A DNA stretch of 57,045 nt, from the NCBI GenBank assembly GCA_051439505.1, contig JBFRWI010000026.1, positions 1-57,045 of the forward strand. The letters are read 5' to 3'. The stretch's first letter is position 1. Every line of letters starts with the position of its first letter. Both the position numbers and the translations under genes were made by a program. This DNA is from Hormoscilla sp. GTDB lineage: Bacteria > Cyanobacteriota > Cyanobacteriia > Cyanobacteriales > Desertifilaceae. Shown here in pieces: positions 10,244-20,477 of the stretch. Under the pieces are notes generated by a model. The model was not told the DNA's origin and ran no database searches. It saw only the letters and a list, made by a program, of their open reading frames with translations.

Positions 10244-11290
10244 ATGAATAAAGTGGTGCGAGTTTTAATTGTAGACGATTCGGCATACGTGCGCAAAGTG
10301 ATCAAGCAGATGCTATCCCGCAGTCCCTTCATTGAAGTGGTGGGAACAGCGCGTGATGGCGAAGAAGCCTTGGAGATGATCGACATCTATAACCCTGATG
10401 TGGTGACGTTAGACTTGATTATGCCGCAGATGGACGGAGTCAAGTTCTTAATCCAACAGATGGAGAAGCGTCCAGTGCCAGTAGTGGTTGTCAGCATTGC
10501 CAACGAAGGGGGAGAAACGGGACAGGCAGCATTATATGCAGGTGCGGTGGATTTCGTGCAAAAGCCGACGGCCCTAGCGACAGATAAGATTTATGAAATT
10601 AGAGATGAATTAATTAGTAAAATAAAAGCGGCTGCTTCTGTGCCCCTGAATCGTTTTGCCTCGGTGCCAGCATCGGAGCGCCAAATACCTCCAGAAAGCT
10701 TGACTATTCGTCGGTCAGAAAAAGTCGATATCGTGGTCATCGGTATTTCTACTGGCGGTCCCCAGGCTCTGAGTTTCTTGATACCCCAATTGCCGGCTAA
10801 CCTGGGAGTACCGGTGGCGATCGTGTTGCACATGCCCAAGGGCTATACCGAAATGTATGCCAAAAGGCTAGATCAGATGTCGGAGGTGAAGGTGATAGAA
10901 GCTTCCGAGGGAGCTGTGGTTGGTCCCAATATGGCGATCGTTGCTCGTGCTGGACGACATCTGACCTTCAAACGCATAGATGAAAACACCGTGGAAACTC
11001 ACCTGGATGCCAAACCCTCACAGACTCTGCATCGTCCCTCTGCGGATGTGATGTTTGAGTCGGCGGCCAAAGTATATGGCGATCGGGTGCTAGGGATAGT
11101 CATGACTGGCATGGGTTCTGATGGCAAGCAGGGCGCATCCTGGATTAAGGCCAAAGGTGGTAAAATTTTTACAGAATCCCGGACAAGTTGCGTAGTCTAC
11201 GGTATGCCCAGAGAAGTAGATGAAGCGGGTTTGAGCGATCGCAGCGTTCATCTTGAGGAAATGGCACAAGCAATTATCGAAGCGCTGTAA
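10244..11290 (+). CDS. cheB: Chemotaxis methylesterase CheB (receiver plus esterase)
   Basis: VLIVDDS receiver; GISTGGP, VLHMP, RPSADVMF and MTGMGSDG esterase motifs. AGGAG precedes ATG 10244; the longer ORF start runs through a repeat element. Confidence 0.95.
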   Translation: MNKVVRVLIVDDSAYVRKVIKQMLSRSPFIEVVGTARDGEEALEMIDIYNPDVVTLDLIMPQMDGVKFLIQQMEKRPVPVVVVSIANEGGETGQAALYAGAVDFVQKPTALATDKIYEIRDELISKIKAAASVPLNRFASVPASERQIPPESLTIRRSEKVDIVVIGISTGGPQALSFLIPQLPANLGVPVAIVLHMPKGYTEMYAKRLDQMSEVKVIEASEGAVVGPNMAIVARAGRHLTFKRIDENTVETHLDAKPSQTLHRPSADVMFESAAKVYGDRVLGIVMTGMGSDGKQGASWIKAKGGKIFTESRTSCVVYGMPREVDEAGLSDRSVHLEEMAQAIIEAL

Positions 11291-11386
11291 TGGAGCAAAC
11301 GAACCTGTTAATTCAAAATTATTTGATGAGAATTAGTGCGTTGATTGATAATTTTGAATTAACAATACCCAAGCAGGAGGTCTATA

Positions 11387-12088
11387 ATGTTACTAACAGA
11401 GAAACAGAAGAAGGGCTTAACAAAATTTATTAAACTTGTCTTATCGCGGCGCACCGCCGCGAGCATCTCAGAACTGATCAAATCTCCTGTGGTGCTGGAA
11501 GTTGAAGGAGTATCGCTGCATCCGCTGAGTAGATTAACTACCGAGTTTGCCGATATTTTACACAATGAAGTTACCACAGTCCATCAGATGTTTGCGGGTT
11601 CTATGTCAGGGGACGCGCTTTTAATGTTGGACTATGAGGTGGCGGTCATGTTGACAAATTTGCTCCGGCAGAATAATGATATCCTGATATTTCGTCAGTC
11701 AAAGATCCCAGGAAATTCCGGACCAAGATCGCAATTAGATATCTCCGCGTGCGAAGTCTTGACTGAAGTCGGAAATATCTTGTTGAACGCTTATCTTGGT
11801 ATGTTAAGTAATCTATTCGGGGGCAAGGTATCTTTTGCTATGCCGTCTTTTCAGATAGAATTACTGCACGAACTGCTAGATTCCCTGATTCTGAGCAAGA
11901 ACGAGGTGCGTTATGTGCTGGTGGTAGATACCACTTTTCAGCTATGTGATAATTCCGTCAACAGCCAGATACTGCTGGTGTCAAGTGTAATGTCTTTGTC
12001 CTGCTTAATTAAGGCGATCGAACCCTGGTCAGAAATGGGCGTGCCAAGTTTGAAGAGAACCCCCGCCGCTAAACTAGCATACATTTGA
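11387..12088 (+). CDS. cheC: CheC-family phosphatase-like protein
   Basis: VHQMFAGSMSGDALL and LTEVGNILLNAYL (ExxN) CheC motifs; AGGAGG RBS. Confidence 0.8.
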   Translation: MLLTEKQKKGLTKFIKLVLSRRTAASISELIKSPVVLEVEGVSLHPLSRLTTEFADILHNEVTTVHQMFAGSMSGDALLMLDYEVAVMLTNLLRQNNDILIFRQSKIPGNSGPRSQLDISACEVLTEVGNILLNAYLGMLSNLFGGKVSFAMPSFQIELLHELLDSLILSKNEVRYVLVVDTTFQLCDNSVNSQILLVSSVMSLSCLIKAIEPWSEMGVPSLKRTPAAKLAYI

Positions 12089-12090
12089 TT

Positions 12091-12183
12091 GGGAGCATCT
12101 CGATGGATGCATTTTAGCAACAATGCTCGCTAATTGCTAATAGCTGTTTGATTTCACCGACTTTTAGGAGATGAGATGCACCC
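12091..12183. mobile_element. 93-bp MITE with 11-bp TIR and 8-bp TSD
   Basis: GGGAGCATCTC...GAGATGCACCC, flanked by ATTTGATT at 12083-12090 and 12184-12191. A similar left end recurs at 27621-27650. Confidence 0.85.
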
Positions 12184-12395
12184 ATTTGATTGCAGTATGG
12201 TTAAGCAATTGGTAAATTATTTCTTCAAAATTCATGCAGGGGCCTATAGAATCGCTCTATGTAATTTAATGCAGGACAGCTTAATCGCTAATTGTGCAGA
12301 AACCGGGTGATTGGTACAGCGGCAGACAAATTTTGAGACGATCGCAACAAAAACCCGGTTGATTGACCCATGAACAACTAACAAGCAACAACTGA

Positions 12396-15300
12396 TTAAT
12401 CTGACTGTTGCTGGGGAATTTCAATCACAAACTCTGTGCCATGGCCCTCTTCGGAAACACAGCGGAGGATACCGTGATGTTTTTCGACGACGATCTGGTA
12501 GCTAGTAGACAACCCTAGTCCCGTTCCCGAACCGACGGGTTTGGTAGTATAGAAGGGGTCAAAGATTTTCGATTGTACTTCCGGACTCATGCCGATGCCG
12601 TTGTCAGTAATTCTGATTTGCACCCAGTTTGGCTCTAGAAGCACAGTCGAGATCCAAATGGTACTAGGATCTGCTAGAGTCTGTTCGAGAGGACGCCCCC
12701 TGTCTCGTTCGTCTAAGGCATCGATCGCATTAGTCAAGATATTCATAAACACCTGGTTCAGTTCTCCCGCGTAACATGCAACTGGCGGCAGACTGCCATA
12801 TTCTTTGATTACTCCGATCGCTGGATGTAAGGGCTGTTCCTTGAGGCGACTTTTCAAAATCATCAGGGCGCTGTCGATGTTTTCATGCAGATCGACTGAC
12901 TTGATGCCTGTTTCGTCGAGGCGGGAGAAGGTGCGCAGGGATTTGACAATATCCCGAATGCGCTCGGCTCCCATTTTCATAGAATTAAATAGATTAGGCA
13001 AGTCTTCTGCCAGAAACTCTAGATCGATCGCGACTATTTCATCGGCCACTTCCGGGACCGGTTCTGGATAACACTGCTGATACAGTTCTACCAGTCCTAA
13101 AATATCACTGATGTAGTCCTCGGCGGGGAAGAGATTGCCAAAGATGAAACTAACGGGATTGTTGATTTCGTGAGCAATTCCTGCGATCATCTGCCCGAGG
13201 CTGGACATTTTTTCCGATTGAATGAGCTGCACTTGCGTTTGTTGCAGTTCTTGGTAGGCAAGTTCGGCCTCCTCACCTTTGGCAGTGGCAATTCTGGCAG
13301 ACTCCAGAGATTGGGAGTAGATTTCAGCTTGGTTGATGGCGATCGCCAATTGTAAAGCCACAGCTTCCATGAGATCGACTTCCCGATCTTGCCACGGGCG
13401 CGATCCCCTACAATGAGCCAAAACCAAGGCACCGATTTTACCTGATTGGGTGTGAATTGGTAAAATCAGGACTGAGGTGTAATCTAGGGCTAGGAAGAAA
13501 TGTTGAATCTTGGGTTCGGAGCTGCTGCTCACTTCATCCACCCGCAGGATTTCTCCCCGTAGCAGCAAATCAGTTAAAACATTGAGGCTGTCCCCTGGGT
13601 ACAGTTCGACAATACTAGGCAAACCATCAGTTTTGGCTTCCTTAACTACCTCCCATGCTCCTTTCTCCATCCTCTCCATAGGATACCAGACAAAGTAACT
13701 GCGGTCAATATCTAGCAAACGTCGCAGTTCATATACTGTCGTTTCTAAGACTGTATCGATGTCGAGAGAGTCGCGGATCTGGTTAGCAATGCGATTGAGT
13801 AAAGTTTCCCGCCCTGCTAGTTCTCGTAATTGTGCCTCCGATCGGCTTAAAGCTTCTTCTCCTAGTTTGCGTTCGGTGATGTCGATGGAGGTGCCGATAA
13901 TTCGATAGATGCTTCCGGCTTCTCCTCGCAATGGCGTCAGGGTAGTCAGGGTCCAAGTTGGTTTACCACCAAGGGTAAGGCACTCCTCGTAGGCGATCGC
14001 CATTCCATCTGCCAGACAATCATCGTAATGCTGCCGCACTTGTGCTGCTTCTGTGGCACTAAAGATCTCCTCTGGAGTTTTGTATTGAAGTTCCGAGGCC
14101 CTAAGGCCACTCAGGCGTTCTGCTGATGGGTTCCAACCAACGAAACGATAGTCCCGATCGCTGGGTGAAGATATTTTTTGCTTGACATCGACGACAAAGA
14201 TAACTTGTTCTACGCCATCATAGATACCGCGCAAAAACTCCTCTTGGGAGCGCAGGGCCTCGGAGGCTTGTTTGCGCTCCGTAATATCGATCGCCGTCTC
14301 TAATAGCCGCAGGACTTGCCCCTGCTGGTTCAGGATAGCTTCTCCCTTACCGCTAATATACCTGATTTCACCATCGGGGCGTAAAATCCGATGGTCAATT
14401 TCATAGGATATCCCCTCAACCAGAGCCTTTTCTACTGTTTGTAGCCACGAGTCTCTGTCTTCGGGATGCACCAGTTCTACCAGTTCTGAGAAGGTCGGTG
14501 CCCTTCGGCTTCGCTCAGGGACCGCTGGTTGTGCTGGATCTAAACCCAGAATTCGCAACAGTTCATCTGATAGTCTCAGGGTTTGGGTAGCGACATCAAA
14601 TTCCCAATTGCCGATGTGGGCAATTCTTTGCGCTTCTTGCAGGTTCTGGAGTAGCCGCGCCGCTTCTGCTTCTGCACGGGCGCGATCGGTGATGTCGCGG
14701 TTACTAACTCGTCTGCCCAGATAGCGCCCATCATCACTATACACTGGCTGGCAGATATGGCCGATCCAGCGGATAGAGTCGCTGCGGGTGATAATCCGAA
14801 AGTCAATGGCACAGACTTCTTCGCTTTCTAACTCCTCGTCCAGGTGTTGCCAAACCGTCGCCCGATCGCCGGGATGGACGATCTTCTGTAATAACTCAGC
14901 ATCTTCGATGAATTCGTCAGCCCGATATCCCGTAATCCGTTCGCAGGCCGGGGAAATGTAGATGAAATCCCCCCCAGGACTAATCCAATATTCCCAGTCA
15001 TAAGTAAAGTCTGCCACCGTGCGGAACCTTTCGGAACTCTCGCGCAATGCTGCTTCCGCCTGTTTGCGATCGCCGATCTCTTCGACTACAGCAATGTAAT
15101 ACTTAGGGTTTCCTGAGGAGCCATACACCAAGGAAGCTGTCACGTTAATCCAGATTAGGGAACCATCTTTGTGCAGGTATCGTTTTTCGTAAGTTACACT
15201 TTTATCCTCTCCTGACAACAACCGACCCAGATACTCGTCAGTTACAGATACATCATCATGATAGGTAAGGTCGTGGTAAGTTAAAGCTAGCACTTCTTCG

Positions 15301-16337
15301 CGGCTGTACCCCACTAGATCGCCAAACTTTTGATTGACCATCAGCCATTGTCCATCTAAACTCAGATGCACAATCCCCACCGCTGCTTGCTCGAAGGTAG
15401 CACGTAATTTCTCCTGACTCTCTTGTAAGGAAGCAATTAACTCTTGACGTTCCGCCTCCAACAGCTTGCGTGATTGGATGTCACGCCCCACCAAATATAT
15501 TAAGCCTGACTCTGATTTTTCCCCAGATAACCAGCATGCTGCCGTCCAAGCTATCCACTTATATTCTCCATCGGCGCAGCGATAGCGATTTTCAAAGTAT
15601 ATATTTGTTTCCCCTCTTGTCAACTGCTCTACTGCGATCGCGCTCTTCTCTTTGTCATCTGGATGAACCAAATCTAACAAGGAAGTTTCTCTCACGGTTT
15701 CGGTTGGATAACCCAGAAGGCTTTCCCAGGCATGGTTCAAACGCTTCAAGCACCCATCCATACCCGCAATACAGAGTAAATCTACCGAAAGATTGAACAA
15801 TCTCTCTATTTCCACTTGACCTTGCAGCCACGAACTGATTTTCTGTTGGATTGATGTAATTAATCCTTTCTGCACCGTAGCTTCATGGTTGAATGGGCTA
15901 CTGCTTGTCGAACCCCGCTCGGATGCCACCATTGTTCCGTTTTCATCGGTGATATCCTTTAAGATGCTGTTGATGCGTGTACCATTTCGATCGGCGATCG
16001 CCCATAACTTGTCCCGCAGGTAACGAATTTCTCCCTTTGGGTGGATAATGCGGTATTCTAGGACTTCTGTGGTGCCTGTCTCTGCTATCCTAGATATAGA
16101 TTCCAGCACCCTGTCCCGATCGCCTGGGTGCATCACCTCTAACCATAGGTCTGAGCGATTGTCAAATTCGGAAAGGGTTCTACCATATATTTTCTGGGCG
16201 GACCGGTTCAGGTAAAGCATTCGGTAGCTGCTGGCGTCGATCGATCGCACCCCTTCCGTGATTCGGGCGAGAATGCTACTCATCCAACAGTCTTCTTGAG
16301 GTATTCTATTTGACTGTACTGTCGATGCTCTAGACAT
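12396..16337 (-). CDS. Multi-PAS + GAF sensor histidine kinase
   Basis: Several PAS/PAC repeats (VHPxDR), a GAF domain, H-box AGIAHEINNP, NQVFMNILTNAIDA, DNGIG and GTGLGL; cytoplasmic. Confidence 0.95.
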   Translation of the reverse strand: MSRASTVQSNRIPQEDCWMSSILARITEGVRSIDASSYRMLYLNRSAQKIYGRTLSEFDNRSDLWLEVMHPGDRDRVLESISRIAETGTTEVLEYRIIHPKGEIRYLRDKLWAIADRNGTRINSILKDITDENGTMVASERGSTSSSPFNHEATVQKGLITSIQQKISSWLQGQVEIERLFNLSVDLLCIAGMDGCLKRLNHAWESLLGYPTETVRETSLLDLVHPDDKEKSAIAVEQLTRGETNIYFENRYRCADGEYKWIAWTAACWLSGEKSESGLIYLVGRDIQSRKLLEAERQELIASLQESQEKLRATFEQAAVGIVHLSLDGQWLMVNQKFGDLVGYSREEVLALTYHDLTYHDDVSVTDEYLGRLLSGEDKSVTYEKRYLHKDGSLIWINVTASLVYGSSGNPKYYIAVVEEIGDRKQAEAALRESSERFRTVADFTYDWEYWISPGGDFIYISPACERITGYRADEFIEDAELLQKIVHPGDRATVWQHLDEELESEEVCAIDFRIITRSDSIRWIGHICQPVYSDDGRYLGRRVSNRDITDRARAEAEAARLLQNLQEAQRIAHIGNWEFDVATQTLRLSDELLRILGLDPAQPAVPERSRRAPTFSELVELVHPEDRDSWLQTVEKALVEGISYEIDHRILRPDGEIRYISGKGEAILNQQGQVLRLLETAIDITERKQASEALRSQEEFLRGIYDGVEQVIFVVDVKQKISSPSDRDYRFVGWNPSAERLSGLRASELQYKTPEEIFSATEAAQVRQHYDDCLADGMAIAYEECLTLGGKPTWTLTTLTPLRGEAGSIYRIIGTSIDITERKLGEEALSRSEAQLRELAGRETLLNRIANQIRDSLDIDTVLETTVYELRRLLDIDRSYFVWYPMERMEKGAWEVVKEAKTDGLPSIVELYPGDSLNVLTDLLLRGEILRVDEVSSSSEPKIQHFFLALDYTSVLILPIHTQSGKIGALVLAHCRGSRPWQDREVDLMEAVALQLAIAINQAEIYSQSLESARIATAKGEEAELAYQELQQTQVQLIQSEKMSSLGQMIAGIAHEINNPVSFIFGNLFPAEDYISDILGLVELYQQCYPEPVPEVADEIVAIDLEFLAEDLPNLFNSMKMGAERIRDIVKSLRTFSRLDETGIKSVDLHENIDSALMILKSRLKEQPLHPAIGVIKEYGSLPPVACYAGELNQVFMNILTNAIDALDERDRGRPLEQTLADPSTIWISTVLLEPNWVQIRITDNGIGMSPEVQSKIFDPFYTTKPVGSGTGLGLSTSYQIVVEKHHGILRCVSEEGHGTEFVIEIPQQQSD
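14496..14524 (-). repeat. Small palindromic repeat inserted in frame in a PAS domain (encodes VPERSRRA)
   Basis: CGGTgCCCT-TCGGCTTCGCTC-AGGGACCG hairpin interrupting the PAS segment GLDPAQPA|PTFSELV. Confidence 0.7.
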
Positions 16338-16363
16338 TAGACATCCATCTCTTCTTTACTAAT

Positions 16364-16426
16364 TGTTCGTAGTAAACACAAAGCGTGTTTCCCGCGTGCA
16401 AACACGCTTTGTGTTTACTACAAACA
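16364..16426. repeat. 27-bp inverted repeat element upstream of the kinase
   Basis: Arms 16364-16390 and 16400-16426 match 26/27; same ...TTACTACAAAC family as the 5780 array. Confidence 0.85.
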
Positions 16427-16446
16427 TTACTGTGGATTGGTAAAAT

Positions 16447-16911
16447 TTAACTATTTTTGCTCTTTTCCCAATCTGCCAGGGCCGCGATCGTCAAACTTGC
16501 TGCCGGGCGATCGATCAACTTTTCCCATACCGCAGCTACATCCTACTCCAGGGCATTCAGTATCCGCTGCCTTAAGCTGGGGTCTTTCTCGATCTGCTCG
16601 ATCCTTCATGGCAACGGTCATCTTGTCGGTGGTAGTTTCTGTAGGATAACTCTGTTCCAGTTGTTGCAACAACTGCTTAATTTCGGCAGCAGCATCGGCG
16701 ATAGTTTGCGATGCTTCCCTGGGACGTTCCTCTACTTCAGGATTTTCCCCATCGCGTAGCGGCGCGACTCCGGAGCGCTAGGCGAATCGTAGTGATTCCA
16801 AGGGAGAATGGGAGTATTGGGCAGCTTGTCTGTCAGGGTTGTAATATTCCAGTAGTCTGGCTTGCCTACCACTATTTTTCCCGAACGGCTAAGAAATACA
16901 GTTGGTTTCAT
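16447..16911 (-). pseudogene. Degraded gene carrying the helical C-terminal domain found on cyanobacterial pentapeptide-repeat proteins
   Basis: Reads TIADAAAEIKQLLQQLEQSYPT..KMTVAMK, a frameshift, then IEQIEKDPSLRQRILNALE*...LIDRPAASLTIAALADW; contains a frameshift and an internal TAG. Confidence 0.6.
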
Positions 16912-16933
16912 AGTTTTTTATCTCCTATCGTAC

Positions 16934-17440
16934 TCATGGTTGTTTCAGTTCTGGTATCAAGTAGCTAGCTAATAGGTGCAATAGAACTACCAGGGCAATT
17001 ACTCCAGTGACGTATGCCGACCGTGATATCGTTTGGGAGATATCGTCTAATCTCTGTTGATTATTATTATAGATCCCTTTCAAGTTATATAGCATCTCGA
17101 ACTGATATTCATCTGGGTACTGCATCAGGGAATATTCCCAAAACTCTTTAGTGTTTAAATTGGGGCTGACAGAAACCTGCCGGGGCAAAAAAGCCCTGAG
17201 TAGCAGGGTAAAGTTTACTGCCAATCCCAGTATTTCTCCCAGACTAAACAAGCTGAGGACAGTAATCAGCTTGGATATGGCTATAAAGGTTAATAGGGCG
17301 CTATTCGTGACAAACAGGATGTTACGCTTGCTAGTTAAATCCTGTCTCAGTTGCTTTTGCTGTTCTGTCAGGCGCTGGATATCCTCCAAAGCTAATTTGA
17401 GAGTTTCGGGGTCTAGTTCTGGTTTATTTTGTAACTGCAC
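16934..17440 (-). CDS. Hypothetical membrane protein (about 3 TM helices)
   Basis: 168-aa ORF with two N-terminal and one C-terminal hydrophobic helix. Confidence 0.7.
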   Translation of the reverse strand: MQLQNKPELDPETLKLALEDIQRLTEQQKQLRQDLTSKRNILFVTNSALLTFIAISKLITVLSLFSLGEILGLAVNFTLLLRAFLPRQVSVSPNLNTKEFWEYSLMQYPDEYQFEMLYNLKGIYNNNQQRLDDISQTISRSAYVTGVIALVVLLHLLASYLIPELKQP

Positions 17441-17909
17441 TACTCTTCTCTTGCTTCTTGTACTACGATTATAGCTGTTCGGAAAATAGTTTATACCATA
17501 TAGCGTCCCATTGACAATGGGGGGATTGGGATTTTCATGCGTAACTTTGCATAACTGGATCCCTGACCTAGTGGAATTACTTACTCAATCCCTTCAGGTT
17601 AAACCCAAATGTCCGTTTTGACCGGCAAACAGCCTGTTTTGACGTTGCGATCGCCCCTCTTGACATGCAACTCGCTAATTATAACGTTGCTTATCGGATT
17701 TTCACATAAAAATTGCCAGTTTTAACATTGAGATGACGCTAATTTAATTGTCATACCCGTAGCGATAAGCTGTCGTGCATTTAAATTGCAGCCATCCGAT
17801 ACCCTGAGATAGTTGTTCGAGCGCGACTTTCCCAATTTTGAATTTTTAATTTTGAATTGCTTAGGTGGGCGATGCCCACCCCACATAGTCATCATCGATC
17901 GGGAGAACA

Positions 17910-19448
17910 TTAGGAAAACTTGGTAAGTAGTCCCAGGAATTTTTTGCTATTAGGAGTCAGGAGAGTTCGCCTGTAGGCATCAGCAGCTTTCTTGATGCCC
18001 TCCGCCTGAGTTGGATAGGGATGAATAACACTTGAAAGCTTGCTCAAACCCACTTTATTGACAATTGCTGTAGTTACTTCACTAATCATCTCTCCCGCAT
18101 GACGTGCTACTATTGTCGCACCCAGAATTTGGTCGGAACCCTTTTGGTAATGAATCTTGACAAATCCTGCTTCTTCTCCATCCGCGATCGCCCGATCCAC
18201 GCTACTCATGAGAATCTTAATTGTATTAATCTCAATTCCCCGTGACTGGGCCTCATGTTCGTACAGTCCTACATGGGCTATTTCTGGGTCAGTATAGGTC
18301 ACCCAAGGCATCACCAAACTGCTGAGTTTATAGCGTCCCAAACCAAAGGGCGAAAACAACGTATTCTTGATGACAATACGGGCCGCTGCGTCAGCAGCAT
18401 GGGTGAATTTCCAGTCCATGCAGATATCCCCGGCGGCATAAATCTGGGGATTGTCAGTCTGGAGATAATCGTTCACCTTCACCCCCCTTTGATCGTACTT
18501 CACCCCGACTGCTTCTAAGTTCAGTCCTTCCACATTGGGAGCGCGACCTGCACCTACGAGTATATCATCCACTGCGATCGCACCTTCAGATCCATTGCCA
18601 GAAAAGTAGATTACCTTGCCTTCATGGTTTCTCTCTATCCGATGCAGCTTGCTGTTGAATACGATGCGAATTCCTTCCCGCATAAATTGCTGCTGGACAA
18701 TTTCCGCTGCATCGGCATCTTCTTTATTCAAGATATGTTCGCCGCGATGGAAAAGCACTACCTCAGAACCCAAGCGATGGAAAGCTTGGGCTAACTCGCA
18801 GCCGATCGGTCCCCCGCCAATTACGGCCAGGCGATCGGGGCATTCTGTCAGGTTAAAAACCGTTTCGTTAGTGAGAAAACCAGCCTCCTGGATTCCCTCA
18901 ACCGGGGGGCGAACAGCCCTGGCACCCGTGGCAATCACTGCTTTTTTATACTTGAGTGTTTTACCAGCAACTTCAATCGAGTTATTACCGACAAAACTCC
19001 CCTTTCCTAGAAAGACATCGATACCCAGGTTATGGAAGCGTTCAACTGAATCGTGATGGCTAATGCCAGCCCGCAGTTTCCGCATCCGCTGCATTACTGC
19101 CGGAAAATCTACTTCAATCTTTTCTGGCCGACGAATGCCAAAAGGTTCCGCATCCTGCATATCGGCGACCACGCGAGAGGAACGAATGACGCATTTGGAG
19201 GGGACGCAGCCCACATTTAAGCAATCTCCCCCCATGAGATGTTTCTCAATCAAGGCGACTTTCAAACCCACATCTAATCCTGCCGCACCTGCGGCCACCA
19301 CTAACCCCGCTGTGCCAGCACCAATTACCACTAAATCGTACAAATCGGCAGGGGTAGGATTAACCCAATCTGGCGGATGCACGTAACCAACCAATTGCTG
19401 GTTATATTCATCCATGGGCGGGACCGTAACTATTTGCTCATTTGTCAT
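17910..19448 (-). CDS. FAD-dependent pyridine nucleotide-disulfide oxidoreductase (MerA/LpdA-like)
   Basis: GAGTAG, GGDCLNVGCVPSK redox disulfide, GGGPIG and HPYPT; lacks the C-terminal Cys-Cys of true MerA. Confidence 0.9.
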   Translation of the reverse strand: MTNEQIVTVPPMDEYNQQLVGYVHPPDWVNPTPADLYDLVVIGAGTAGLVVAAGAAGLDVGLKVALIEKHLMGGDCLNVGCVPSKCVIRSSRVVADMQDAEPFGIRRPEKIEVDFPAVMQRMRKLRAGISHHDSVERFHNLGIDVFLGKGSFVGNNSIEVAGKTLKYKKAVIATGARAVRPPVEGIQEAGFLTNETVFNLTECPDRLAVIGGGPIGCELAQAFHRLGSEVVLFHRGEHILNKEDADAAEIVQQQFMREGIRIVFNSKLHRIERNHEGKVIYFSGNGSEGAIAVDDILVGAGRAPNVEGLNLEAVGVKYDQRGVKVNDYLQTDNPQIYAAGDICMDWKFTHAADAAARIVIKNTLFSPFGLGRYKLSSLVMPWVTYTDPEIAHVGLYEHEAQSRGIEINTIKILMSSVDRAIADGEEAGFVKIHYQKGSDQILGATIVARHAGEMISEVTTAIVNKVGLSKLSSVIHPYPTQAEGIKKAADAYRRTLLTPNSKKFLGLLTKFS

Positions 19449-19464
19449 TGCTGAAAACCCTAAA

Positions 19465-20211
19465 TTAAGATACTTCCTTTTCCAAAGCTTGACGGGCGAT
19501 CCGTGTCACGTAGACAGTGACAGCAACGGTAGCGATAAAACCGATAATCCGAATTGCCCATTGCACGGCGGGATTGGTTGGTTGTTCCCCAGTCCCGATC
19601 GTGGCCAGATCTCCTGCCAATGAACCAATATAAACGTACATGATCGTTCCTGGAAGCATGCCAATGGAGCCGAGGACATAGTCTTTCAGCTCAACTCCCG
19701 TTACACCATAGGCGTAGTTTAATAGGTTGAAGGGAAATATTGGGGACAGTCTTGTCAGCAGGACGATTTTCAATCCCTCTCGGCCTACTGCTTCATCAAT
19801 GGCTTGGAACTTTTCGTTCCCGGCAATTTTCTGAGCTACCCAGTCCCGCGCTAGGTAGCGTCCCACTAGGAAGGCAGCGGTGGCGCCAATGCTTGCCCCC
19901 ACGAACACGTAGATCGAACCGAAAATCACCCCAAACACGACGCCAGCACCGAGGGTGAGAATTGACCCCGGTAAGAAGGCCACGGTGGCGATAATGTAGA
20001 TGACAATAAAGGCGATCGCCCCCACTGGTCCCAAGCCTTCAATCCATTCTAAGGCGCTGCGCAACCATGCTTGGGGATTGAATCCACCGCTGCTGGCGGC
20101 ATCCTGAGCAAATGCTGGGGCCGCTGCTACCAACAGCCCGATCGCCACTATTAGCAGTATTTGCTGCCACTTCCTGCCACGACTTTTCTTTGTTTGAACC
20201 ATATCACTCAC
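19465..20211 (-). CDS. TVP38/TMEM64 (DedA/SNARE-associated) membrane protein
   Basis: FLPGSILTLGAG and LLTRLSPIFPFNLLNY motifs. Confidence 0.9.
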   Translation of the reverse strand: MSDMVQTKKSRGRKWQQILLIVAIGLLVAAAPAFAQDAASSGGFNPQAWLRSALEWIEGLGPVGAIAFIVIYIIATVAFLPGSILTLGAGVVFGVIFGSIYVFVGASIGATAAFLVGRYLARDWVAQKIAGNEKFQAIDEAVGREGLKIVLLTRLSPIFPFNLLNYAYGVTGVELKDYVLGSIGMLPGTIMYVYIGSLAGDLATIGTGEQPTNPAVQWAIRIIGFIATVAVTVYVTRIARQALEKEVS

Positions 20212-20477
20212 TCTCTACTTGACTGCTGACTTGCTATCTATAGCTTATCGCCCCAATCTCCCCCAGATTGCCATACTGGAACAATAGCTACCTACCTAGC
20301 TTCTTACCACCGTCACGGGATGCAGGTGCATCCTGGGCGGCGATGTGACCCTTAAACTTTCCTCCTGCTAGCAATTCCCTTCATCCCTTACACAAAATTA
20401 AACCTTAGCTTAATCTACATCTAAATCAAGTTTAACATTTCTCTAGTAGCTTAACATGTGGTTGTGAGGTAAAATTT

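Noticed and set aside
13300..13800. Cyanobacteriochrome photoreceptor GAF in the kinase
   Set aside because: No recognisable bilin-binding Asp motif or Cys-His pair in the GAF.
17910..19448. Mercuric reductase merA
   Set aside because: No C-terminal Cys-Cys pair, no N-terminal metal-binding domain and no mer operon genes.
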